From Chara braunii (taxonomy: Eukaryota; Plantae; Charophyceae), in contig BFEA01000019.1 of NCBI GenBank assembly GCA_003427395.1, positions 4,604,208-4,659,856 on the forward strand: a DNA stretch of 55,649 bases, written 5' to 3'. This document shows, in pieces, positions 35,900 through 48,200 of this stretch; the first letter of the stretch is position 1; every line of letters begins with the position of its first letter. Below the pieces are notes generated by a model. It made no database searches, was not told the DNA's origin, and saw only the letters and a program-made list of their open reading frames with translations. Both the position numbers and the translations under genes were made by a program.

Positions 35900-38800
35900 G
35901 TGTATAGCGATGAACTAAATCAATCAGAACAGCCAATAGGATGGTTTTGGGAGGGGAGGAGTGATGCGAGAAAACCCCCTCGGCCGCCTGCAGATTGGAC
36001 TCCTTCTCTGATTCCTCCACCTCATCACCACCAACAACAGCGAAGAGGAGGAGGTGGGGGCAGAGAGGGATATCAACAACTACACTATTCTCAGGATTGT
36101 TCTTCTTCACAACAGAAAAAGGTACAGGAGAAGTCTCCGATGCATTTGAAGCAAAAAAAAGGAGCAAGAACTGCCAATTAAGACTCACACTGAACAGGAA
36201 ACTGATTTGAATAAGAATCAAGCTGATAACAACTCACAACAACTCTCAGAATAGAGAAGTGAAGGTTCAAGGTCCATCGGCGCTAATCCTATCAGTTATC
36301 TGCCGAGAATAAATCGGTACCAAGAATCAGAATGGAGGGTAGTTACGAAGAAAGGACAAAATAAGATAAAAGAAAACACAGAGCCTCATTCTTCGTTGCA
36401 TGACAAAATGAAAAATGAGCATTCAGAGCAACCAATGTTACCTGCAGAAGAAACACTATTATCTGCAGAGGAAAACGTTTCCCAGCCTGTGGACGTTGAC
36501 CCTCTAAAAATGGCAATGACTGCTGATCCCATGGAAGTAGAGAATACTCATACTAAAATTCCTGAACTATCTCCTACAATCAATAGTAGCAAGGAAAGGG
36601 GGGGAACCTGCACTCATAACTTACCAAATTGGGAGAATGGATGATAATGAATCTGCAAAAAAAGTTCCCAGATGGGAGTAATGAAGATTGGCTGCAAATT
36701 CAAAACCATCTGATGCTTGTGATCGTAAACAGTGAAAGTCGGCTCTGCAGTACGGTCTTCCCCAAGGTTTGAATTAGACCAGCACGTGCCATAGGCTACT
36801 CACTGTAGTAACAAAAAAAAAATTTCCCCAACTTATGAATAATGGCATACCGCAGATTTCGTCAACACATGAGACACGATAAACATATATTTTGGTAAGC
36901 CAGAACAAACCAAAACTGAGTAGCCTGAGAAAACTCAAGGCTCTAGCAAGGAAACATACGATAGTAAAGACAAAAAAAAAAGTGGGAGGAAAGTTGATTT
37001 TCGATAAACATCAGAAAGCATATCACTCAGTCTCACGTCTGTTACTTCGTAACAGACTCCCATACCTAGCCCTTACCCCTTGCAAAGCCAAATCCAAATT
37101 CAAACTGTATAACCAGACCAAGGGCAGGATGAAACTCTCAAAACATAAAGGAAAAAAAAACAAAAAAAAAAAAACAAATCAGGAAACTGCTAAATCAAGG
37201 CAGCCCCCAGACATTATTCTCCGGAAATTGGAACAGCAGATATGTGCCAATGACGGAAAGGTCATTCAGAAATCACAAACTGTTGAGGTACATTTCGGGT
37301 CAATAACAGAGGAAAGTACACTGACTCAAAATGATCCTACAACACTCCAAAGAGGTCGAACAACAAACAGACTCACACATGATGCACAGTCACGCACGGT
37401 CGAGTCAGTGATACTGCAAGAAAACAACTGAACAATTACTGCAGTTCCACTGAACGCTGTGGCAGTGAAATCGCAGGAGGATGTACTGTTTCTGAGCTCC
37501 TCAGGAGTTGTCTTGCAATCTGCTGAAAACAACCTGGTTCTAGCAGCATCAGACACACTGCTTTTCCAACATACAACAGATGAGTTAAAGCCAAAAATTG
37601 AAATTAGTGAAGGGATTACACTGGAAGAGGGGCAGGGGAGTATCACACAAAAAAAAAGAAAGGGGAGTAGAATACAGTCCCGAGAAAGAGAAAATGAGAT
37701 CTCACTCCTCGAAGAAGACAGCCCCCCCAAGCTACCCCCTTGTGTATTGAATACACAAGGAGTAAAAGAAATAGTATCGGAAATAACAGGAGAAAGGAAG
37801 TTTTTGCTCCTGTCAGGACAATCCACAAAAATACCACTTCAGTTTCCAGACAAGGAAGTGACTCAACAGAAGGAGGAACAAAAGAGGGAGGAGGAAAGTA
37901 AAAGACCCAAGGAAATAGAGGAACAAGATCTAAGATTAATGGTAGCAACCCCAAACAACAAAAGACTGAAACTCAAACAATGGATGGCTCAAGGAGAAGG
38001 GGATCTCCCTCCATTGAAAACAGGAGTGGTCTTTTTGCCTGTCAGGAGCAAAGGGGGATATTGGCAAGTTGGTCTGTCAGAACCACAAGGAGTTGCACAC
38101 GGAGAAGTAACGGTGCAAGGAACCAAGCCTCAATTTTTGTCTCTGGTAGCTCTTACAGGGGGAATGGCAGGAGAATCCTGGATTAAACTGGAACTATTAA
38201 AATTCATTAAAAAAAAATTCCCACCAGGGGCTATGGCTATCCTTTCATTAACAACTGAAGAACAGAGGGTGGCAGAGAGAGACGTGTACCTCAAGTATGA
38301 AGGGGCAAAACAAAATGAATTGAAATGGTTTGAACAGGAAACTTTAAAAGACATTCAAATCCTCAAAATCAAGGAAGGCCTGTTCTGGTCAGAAGAAGAC
38401 GTGGGGACCCTCCTAGCCAAAGTGCTAAAGCACGGCATTATGGAAAAGGGAGGGGTACTGGATATAAGTCAGTGGAAGAACCTCTAGACGAATTTTCTTA
38501 AGACCATTCTGAAAGCTTACTAAAAGTATTTATGAAAAGGAATTAAAATTATTGATGCCTTGTACAACAAAGATAAATAATGAAAATTGCTTAGGCGGCA
38601 AGTGGACTTAGACGTCAAAACTTTAAATGTGAATGGTCTAGCCTCTGCCAAATTAAGCAAAAGACAAACGATCTTTGAACAGTTAAAAGGTATTGATGGT
38701 AAATAATGATCAGACGTAATATGTATCCAGGAAACCCACTTGATGAATACAGAAATGCACAACTACCTACACAAACAGATACGGCCTTACCATTCCTATA

Positions 38801-41800
38801 CAGCCCATGCCATCACACCAGGGAGCTCTGGGGTAGCTATTTGGATCCCCCCCCAATCCAGGGCGCAAATTGCTTATTCAATAACAGATCTGGAACATGG
38901 CAGGTGGGTATATGTGTTAACCATGTTGGAACTAGAGATTGTGGGAATCCTCTGCGTATATGGGCCTAATGAGGGTGGAGAAAGACATAGGTTTTTTTTA
39001 AATATTTTTCCACATCTCCCTACAGGCGTTCCTCTAATCATAATTGGTGATTTTAACACTGCCCCAGATCCCCAACTTGATAGATGGCGCCCACCCTCCC
39101 CATGTCCATCATACATGACATTGGATGAAACGATAATTACAAACCTATGTCAATCTTTTAATCTATTTGATTCTTATAGAAGATTGAATCCAACAAACAC
39201 GACTTTCTTTTGCTTCAGAAAAGGTAATACAAATCATAAATCCAAATAAAGAATAGATCTGATCCTAGTGGCTGAAGAATTACAAGAAGCCCTCCAGCTG
39301 GCAAACATTTTTCCGAAAAGCCCTTCCCCTGGATTAGATCATGCTATGTGTGTTGTAATTTTTTCATTTAGGAAGAAACCAGATCAAAGGAAAGGATTTA
39401 TCATCTCAATACATCCCTTCGAAAGATGGATAGTTTTCGTAATTACCTTCGAGACATTTGAAATTTTTGGAGTGATCAGAGGGATCACCTCAGAGATGAC
39501 ATTAAATGGTTCAACAACGGCCTACATTTTTTAGGCCGTAAATGCAATGAATATTTTAAACTATTGGCAAGACAAAGGCATATGAATGAAACCAATCTTC
39601 AAAATAGAATTAATGAGCTACAAAAAAAAGAGATAGACTCCCAAGATCAAGAGATCATAGAATCAATAGCTGAAGAACTCCAATGTCTGGAAAACCAACT
39701 TTTAACTCAAATAGAAGGCAGATGGCAAGGATTAAGAATCATGGGCAAACTCAAAATTCAGAATATGGAAGGTTCAATAGATGCACGGTTCTTTGCTATG
39801 GCTAGAGCCAGAACAGGAAGAACCATCATTGAGGCTTTACAAGACCCAACAGACCCTAATAAGGACCTCGTCACCTTAACGGCAACATGCTCAAAAGTAG
39901 CCAGAGATTTTTTAAAAACACTTTTACATCACAAAACAGTCATATCCCTAAAGAACAACATATTTTAGAAATGAAGGAATTCCTTCTACCTCTAAACACA
40001 AGCTTAACAGAGGAACAAAAAGAAATGATGGAAAAACCACTTGACGAGGATGAAGTATGGAAAACCCTCTTACTAATGGAAGAAGACAAATCCCCAGGCA
40101 TTGATGGTTTCCCAAAGGAATTTTGGGAATCAACATGGGAATTTATGTTTCAAGATCTAATGGATTATTACCAAGCTGTTTGGGAATCGGGAGAGATGGG
40201 AGAGTTTGTTGGGCAAGGAGTGCTCACCCTACTTATAAGAAAGGAGACAAGGCTAATATAAGAAACTATCGTCCAATTACTCTTCTAACAGTAGTATATA
40301 AACTCATAGTTAAATCACTAACAGATCGTATGTCCAAAATAATCCCAGAAATCATTCACCCATCCAAAACAGGATTCATAACTGGTAGAAACATACAGGA
40401 TAATATCCTTCTAGTAAATAAACTTCTTAAAATATTTCGTCGGTCCAAACACAATGCAGCCTTAATCTTCATTGATTTTGAAAAGGCATACAACCATGTA
40501 GACTGTTTTTTTTTAGACAAATGTTTGGAAAATATGAATTTTTGTCCAAATTTCAGGAGATGGGTGAGAATCTTGCATAAAAATGCCATCACAAGGGTGA
40601 TGGTCAATAATAATGTGGTTCCACCTATCCCATTAGAAAGATCAGTACAACAAGGTGACCCATTGACACCCATTCTTTTTGTCATTATAATGGAAGCTCT
40701 TGCGGTAAATTTGAGATATCACAAAGATATTTGTCGCATACAGATCACGAGCATTCCGGAAGATGCCATTCCAATTTGCTCTCTTTTTGCTGATGACCTT
40801 TCTCTTATGGTTGATGCTACAAATGAAAATATGGAAGAAATTCGGAAATTGATGGACAAATTTTACCGCCTATCAGATATGAAAGTCAATTGGGGCAGTA
40901 AAACAACGGGATGGTTGGATACATCACCAAGGTGGGAGACCTCCAGAGTTACCAAAGATAAAGTGGTTACCACTGAATACTCCTACCAGATTGCTTGGGA
41001 TTTCCTTATCAGCGGTAGGTAAACCAAAAAACCATAATGAATGGATTTCCCAACCTGCTCAGGCAAAAATGGAATTGTGGAAAAATAAACATACTTCTGT
41101 TTTTGGGCGAACAATGATTATTAACAATGTTATCCTGACATCCATGTGGTATAAGTCTGGTATTTGGACTATGGATAGAGATTCCCTCAAAATCCTTCAA
41201 CGTCAGCTGATAGTCTTTTTATGGAGAGGCAATCATGAGTATAACAATGTTATCAATAGGGTAGCATGACAATCAATTATTTAACCAAAAGCGAGAGGAG
41301 GACTGGGGATTCTTGACCCCCTCATCCAGACGAAAGCACTTTCTATCCAATGGTTTCAACGCTTGCTATTCAATCCCCAGACTCCATGGGCACCTTTGGC
41401 CTTGGAACAAATCAAGCGGTTAGCACCCCCAACGACTGAGGGAGTTGACCCCTTGACATGGTTGGAAAATAGATCCTGAACTATTCCAAGAGGGAAATCA
41501 AATCCAGTAACATTGACAGGATCAAATAGGCAGGCAGTCAGACAAGACTTGAAGAATAATCCATTTTGGGTTAGTATGCTAAAGACATGGAGACAACTTC
41601 CTCTAACAGACAAACTTTCTCCAAAAAGGTGGGAGGAAGTGTGTCAACAGCCTTTATTTGACAATAGATGGATTAAAGACTCACAGGGGTATGTTTTCCA
41701 CTGTATGCACTCACCCTGGAAATGATGGATTAATAATGGCATTATGAGGATAAAAGACATATGGGATAAAAAAACAAATGAATGGATTGGTCCATCTAAA

Positions 41801-43365
41801 CTAAAAAGAAGACTAAGATACTGTCACCATTCGAAGAAAGCCCTAGAAAGCATTATAGATCTTATTCCACTTGAATGAATTCGAATACTGAGAAAAGGTC
41901 CCAAACTAATGATAAAAGACTGGGTAGCACTCAAGTCACACTCTCAGCAGATTGGCAGAGTTAGTGAGCAAGCCCAAAATGGAAGCTTTCTCTTAAAAAT
42001 GTTTTCTCTTTCTTCTACCAATGTAGTTCTTCAGAAGGAGCAAGAGGAAACCAGATGGGTCCAGGATCAGAAGATTTACAGGATAAGGGTAATCAAAACT
42101 AAAGATTTTTTGGTAGCCTTTAAACCAAAGTGTCCTATCCCTGGCTTCCCTTTGACCCCGAAAATTGGGTATGGAGTACAAATACAAGGGTAGAAAGAAA
42201 TAATAGATCATTCAAGAGAAACATCCAATCGCTAAAAGTCAAATCTGCCTATCGAATACTACGACCAAAAACCAATCTGAAAGACAAAGTCCTTACTAGA
42301 TGGATGAAACACCTAAATATAAGCAAGGAAGAACTGAGGTCTGTTAGATGGTTTAAAACAGCCAAAAACAAACCTGCCAAAATAGCTTCCCTACAATGGC
42401 AAATTGAACATAGGTGTCTCCCAACCAATGATTGGCTCATTGATAGATCCTCTTTAGAACAGAAAGGACAAGCATCAAGATCGTGTAAGCTTTGTAAATC
42501 AGTCTTTCTGAGCAAAAAAATTCCAGAAACTATAGAGCATATCTTTATGCAATGTCCTGGTTCCATCTGGATATGGAGGTGGTGGGACCGTATATGGTCA
42601 CAGATAGTTCCACAAGCCCCCTGGCCATGGGGGTGGAAAGAGATCCTACTAGAAACATGATCCCCTGAGATAGAAGAAGTGAAAAATAATGAAGGATTTG
42701 TGGAAAATCTATTTCGTATGGGAAGAAAAGCGGTAATGTGGGCTATTTGGATGAGGAGGTGCACATATGAATGGGAAGGTGCTAGGTTAGATAGCCCGGA
42801 CTTTACAGAGACTATCAAACAACAAATTCAAACATACATCTTATCAAAATGGGATCAAATAAAGAAAAAAGTTCATTTTCTTTCAAACAAGTCAGAAATT
42901 CAAACTCATTTTTGAAAATTCAGTTGTAAATGGCTGGGCGGAAACCAGGGAAGACGAATTGGGAATGTCACATGGAATAGGGCAAGGGAGGATGATAATG
43001 CTGCATTCAACAGAGACTACAAAGTGATATTTGAAGATTGGACTACTGTTGATCCCTCAATACCCTTGCAACCACTAGCAGAATTCCCAGATCCTTTCCC
43101 CCCACCTGCATCAACCCTCGTTCCTATCTTTTGGTATGGATTATAGAGTAAGGCATGGCTAATTTTAATAGGTCATTTTGGCGTTCTAAAAGAAGGATGA
43201 AGAGGTGATGCTTTTCTCAAAGGAAAAGGACGCTGTGCCCGGTTCTCAGAAAATTTTCGTTGTGGCCACTCCGGGCAGAATGTGAGGACCCCGGCCTTAA
43301 TCTTCATATTGGTAATATCAGCCCTGGGCACTGGGCCCTTTTTTCAAAAAAAAAAAAAAAAAAAA
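35900..43365 (+). mobile_element. Near full-length decayed L1/Tx1 LINE: ORF1 3' part, APE, RT, zf-RVT, type B 3'UTR, poly(A)
   Basis: ORF1 C-terminus ends 38487; VKTLNVNGLA and CIQETH; IIGDFN; RT NYRPITLL, DFEKAY, QGDPL, LFADD (40123-41022); HRCLP/ETIEHIF; A-run 43346-43365. Confidence 0.95.
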
Positions 43366-43765
43366 GTCTGAACCCCTAAGCCCTCGAGATGCAGAACTCT
43401 GAACCCTGTGCTCCCACAGACTTCCTTGCGGAGAATCTGAGATGTTGCCCAACCCATCTATACACCATCAGCACGTACCATCCTTGCTCATATCCCTCCT
43501 CCCTTTTTAGTAGTCTGAACCCCTAAGCCCTCGAGACGCAGAACGTTGAACCGTGTGCGCCCACAGACTTCATTGTGTTGAATCTGAGACGTTGCGCATC
43601 CCTTCTATACACCTTCAGCACTTACCATCCCTGCTTATATCCCGCCTCCCTCTTTAGTAGTCTGAATCCCTATGCCCTCGAGAAGCAGAACTCTGAACCC
43701 TGTGCGCCCACATACCTCATTGTGGTGGATCTGAGATGTTGCCCATCCATTCTATACACTTTTTG
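43365..43765. repeat. ~147-bp tandem repeat, about 2.7 copies
   Basis: agtctgaacccctaagccctcgaga... at 43365, 43511 and 43659; partial inverted copy at 49623-49684. Confidence 0.9.
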
Positions 43766-44074
43766 TGTTGATGGGGCAGAACCATTGATCTGTGAGTCAC
43801 CTGTGTCTGTAGAGTGTCTGACAATCCTTTGAACATGCTTGGACTTCTTTATGCTTCGATTGTCTCTTTGATACTGTACGTGGCTGCCCTCCAAAGTCTT
43901 CATTGGTTTTTACTGAGCAAGTCGATAGTCTACAGTCCCCGGACTTGTAGCTGCTCCCCCTTCCATTGTTGTCGTCCTTAGCACGTCATTGTTCCCTTCA
44001 CATATTTTTCCATCCTGTCTGTGGGTTGGGAGTGAGGCTCTATGGGGCAGGCATGGGGCTGGGAGGTTGGGAGT

Positions 44075-45775
44075 TCATGGGGGGGACAATGAGTGAGAGG
44101 GGGGGGTTGCTACAAGGATGGAGTTAGTCGGAAGATATGGGACTTGATAATCAGTAAGGGGCTTTCGTTGCCACGTACGCTCTGAGTTTCTCCATGGTCT
44201 CCACAGAATGTCCAGACTCGCATTCAGTTCACTGAACTTCCTATAGGGATCCTGCCAAATTTTTTGAATGTAAGAGTCGTGAATGTCGTGTTTGGCCTGA
44301 GGTTCATTCTCATTGCAGTATCCATTTGTCATATTTTTCCACGCTTCCAAGGTGCGGGATCTGATCACCTCCTCTATTGAATGTTGGGCTTGCTCCAGCC
44401 CGAACTGATAGTCTTTCTTTTCAAAGGAGCACCTTGCTCGCCAAGCCAGCATTAGGATGTGCAGCCGTGTGTTATGAGAATAGGTTAGCTGCGAAGGGAG
44501 ACTAGCGGGTTAGCAAGTATTGATTCTTACCGAGCAAAAGGAGGCCCAGATCCCGTGGGATGTGAAATGTTGTCAACGAGTGAAAGGCGGCGTCCCACCA
44601 TCACCGCAGTTGGGTAACCATCGGGCACGCTAGGAGACAGTGTTCGAACGTTGCTCTGGTGGGTGGGGACGCTCTGCGGCAGAACGAGCAAATGGGGGAC
44701 AACTGGCCTTTCTGTTCCAAGTCTGGTCTTGACACCAACCGGTCCGGTGTTGGGAGACATCGGTATAGGATTTGCCCACTGCAGCGACCGGAGGTTTGTG
44801 GGCATAATCTTTGCGCATGTAGACCATGACAGGTTGTGCAGCAGGGTCGTGTCGATAGGTGAGTCCCAGGCCGATCGGTCAACTATGATTTGGGTGGTGG
44901 GTACCTCTGGGATTGAAGCTCTGTAACCACTCTTCACAGAGTAGTCCCAGACATGCATCCGTTTCTCCCTAGGCCATTCCCACTCCTCCGGATCGAAGGG
45001 CAAAGCCGCAATCGGTATGGAGGGCTCATAGACAAAAAGACCGTCTTTCGGCTCCCCCAACACTCGTACGAGCATCAGGTCGGACTGGATATGGTCGCAG
45101 TCAAGGTCAACATTGCATGTAAGTTTGGACATTCTTGCCCCCCAAACGCTGGGGTTCGTGGGCTTCGAGAGTGCAGGTCCCCGGGTGGTGTTTGTGCACT
45201 ATGTAGATTACGTGTGGTTGGGGTAGATCAAAATATTTGACCACCCAGTCTCCCTGTAGGATGGTCGGGCCTTTCTTTAGGGTCAGTTGTCAGGCCAGCG
45301 GCATGGCTTCCTTTAGGATGTGCAGCTTATCCTCCATCTTTTGAACGTACTTTATGCTCTTTTGGAGCCGGTCTGCGGTTGTCCAGTTCCCTGTGCGAAC
45401 ATCCCAGAGACTTCTTATCGTATATATACCCCTTTTGACCCGGGAGAGCCATGGGGAGTTTGATGTCAACGGGAAGGGATTACCAGAGTCATCCACAATG
45501 TGGGGGTCGCCAAATAAAGGTTGCCTTCATATATCATGCCACCTATAGAGGGGACATTTTTGTTTTGGACCCACTTGTCTCCAAAGTCTGATCATGTTCG
45601 GCCACATCGGGTCCCTGACAATGTTTTGCTTGGTGGCCTGCACCACTGTGTCCACTTGAGTTTGTTGGGGAGTGGAAGGGACGGTCCAATGGGCATTTGT
45701 CAGCCATTGGAAGGGGTGTATCTGGTTCATGGCTGTTGTTTCCGGTGCCAGGTTTTTTACCTGTATGCAGGCTAG
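44075..45775 (-). mobile_element. LINE ORF2 3' region (post-RT, zf-RVT) of a more distant subfamily
   Basis: QPLFG-like motif, GDWV segment, LPFDPEEWEW, YRCLPT...CSFC...ATFEHCLLACP. Confidence 0.85.
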
Positions 45776-45779
45776 TGGC

Positions 45780-46394
45780 GCTCAAGGGATGTCATTACCA
45801 GTAAGGAATCTGATACTCCCTCAACGACTATCTTCTCGAGAAGGACTGGCCTTCTTCCCATCACCAACACCTCAAGAAACCGGTAAAAGACAGAAATTGA
45901 GACAGATATTGGAGAAGGGGCAAGGGCAAAAATCTCAGGTTCCGAAAGGTAACTTGATTATTCTGGTGAGAAAAAAGGGGGGCTGGTGGGAGATAGGGCT
46001 CTCACCAGTGGGTCAGGATCAATATGGGGGTGTTACCTTGAGGGGTTGGTTTACATACATGGAGTATCACAGTGCTGGGGATAAGGTTTTCAAGAGGGAT
46101 TTGCATGATTTCCTAGCGAAACACTACGATCCTGGTCCACAAGCAACTCTTACCGAAATTGGAGAGAAAGCACATATGGTGAAGAGGGATACCTTTGTTC
46201 GTTTTGAAGAACACAAGGAGGCAGGCCTCAAGTGGTACTCTCATACAACCTTGCTCAGTTTACAGAATCTCAAGATCAAAGTCAATACAGTTTGGTCTGT
46301 GTCAGACGTGATGGCATTTTTGTGTTTCATTTTGCGTAGGGGTATCCTCAAGTCGAATTCTGACCTAGACAGTGGTAATTGGATCCGACTTTAG
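45780..46394 (+). pseudogene. Inverted segment encoding the LINE ORF1 C-terminal domain
   Basis: KRQKLRQ...WEIGLSP...LKWY...IKVNTVWS is homologous to 3572-4096, 16150-16670 and 37957-38487. Confidence 0.8.
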
Positions 46395-46449
46395 GCGATT
46401 GAGGGAGGGGTAAGAGGACAAGTTGGTTTGTTGTAATGGAAGCACTACA

Positions 46450-48200
46450 CACATTCTATGGAAAAAATCCTTCATGGCGTCGTGGATATGCATATTCCAC
46501 ACTGAGATGACCGTATGCCTTGCACTTAAAACACCATGGCCGAAATTTGTGGGCCGTATGGATGTGATGGACTTTTCCTCCCATTCTGAAGGGGATGATA
46601 TTGTCCAGAGTAAAGAGTTGATCCTTCGGAAGATCAAGGGTCATCATCAAGTAGTCATCTCGTTTGACAACATGTGTGGGCAATGGATTAATGAAATCCA
46701 CTATCTTATATTGCTGCCCAAAATCATGGATGAACGCTGCCTGGACTTCTATTGGGATGTGCCTCAGTTCTACCCAATAGAAGTCCCTCATTAATTGATC
46801 TCTTTTCTCCTCCGGTCCCATTTTTTTTGGCAGCCAAGGGTAAATTCGGACATCAGACCCCTCCCATCTCAGCTTCTTTCAACTATCCATTTGTTGTTTA
46901 TCTTTCTCAAATAGACTGATGACTGTGAAGACTGTTGGTGAAACTGGCTGAATTAAAAAAAAATCAAAACAGTTTTCGGTTCATCTTTCATTGATTCTAA
47001 TCTCTTACATATCCACCTTGTTTTATCATTCATGGACCTTACCGCACTATTATCGTAAAAAATCCAGTTGCTCGCATGTTTGGTGTACATCTCATCTCGT
47101 TTAGCCAGTTTGTCTGTTGGGTACGCCTTCATCAAGGTTTTTCTTCCCCCTTGATCAGTAACAACTTGCTCCGATGCCTGTAGGAATAAGGATAAAAAAT
47201 ACGCTCTGACGGAGGAAAGATTCCTCATTGGGATTCTGAGTACATCTCCTTGTGAGGCAGATGGGTCGATGGATGCTCTGATGATGTTCAGAGTCTTGTC
47301 ACTCATTGTTTCCCTCACTCTCTGTGCCCATGTAGGCTGCGTGGTTTTGACCGTCTTTGGAGAAGGGGAGGGGGATGGACCAATCATGTTGGAAGAGGAA
47401 GGGGCCGACAAAGAAGGGACCGCATCAGATTGAGAGATATCTTGAGTTTTCATTGACTTATGCATGTTCCTTCGTTCTACTTCTATTAATATTTCCTCCT
47501 CCATAATCATGTTTCCTTGAGTATCGGAGATGATTTTTTCACTTATTTCCTCCATTAAAGAATTTTGCGACATTTGAGGACCTTGAGGCTTCTGAATGGA
47601 GGGGGAAATCTCAACCATGTTTTGCTGATTCTGTGATGATTCGTTATCTCCAATCTGCAAAGTACTTGTATCTGAGGGTGCTCCTTTCTGAGGCCTGTGA
47701 TCAGACTGTGAGAAACCGTGGACAAAAGACTGCATTATATTCATATTATTATTCACTGAGATGCTTTGAAGTTTTTCGCCTTTCTGTTTCGAATCCTGTT
47801 TTGTCATTGTTTTGCTCGCCCATACTATCCTCTGCACCGACCCCCCCTCCTGACTCTGAGTACCCTTTTGTCTCTTGTCACAGATTCCCGTTTCAATCCC
47901 TTGTGAGTCCTGACTTGCCCCCAGGCGTGTGTATGGAGCCATACCTAAGTGACGTATCAGGGAATGCCTCATCGCTCTTTGGTAAAAAATGAGAGATTCT
48001 GGGCCTTTCGCCCTCTTACAGTTGAGCTTCATCTTTTCTAGGGTCTCTTCCCTTCTTCTGTCTCTGAAAATTACTCCAATTACTTCTTTAATATTAATCA
48101 GAATTTTCAATTTTATTTTAATCAAGTCAATAATTAATAACTTGGGCGGAAACCAGGTGGCGATACTCTGTAGTAGGAAGTCAAAAGGAATTGGGAGCAA
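46450..48200 (-). pseudogene. LINE ORF1 N-terminal and central part (disordered region, RRM/DUF4283-like, CCHC knuckle)
   Basis: PTWAQRV motif; YWVELRHIP (plant L1 ORF1 WVxLxxIP); HKFRPWCFKCKAYGH, homologous to 5123-5986. Confidence 0.8.
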
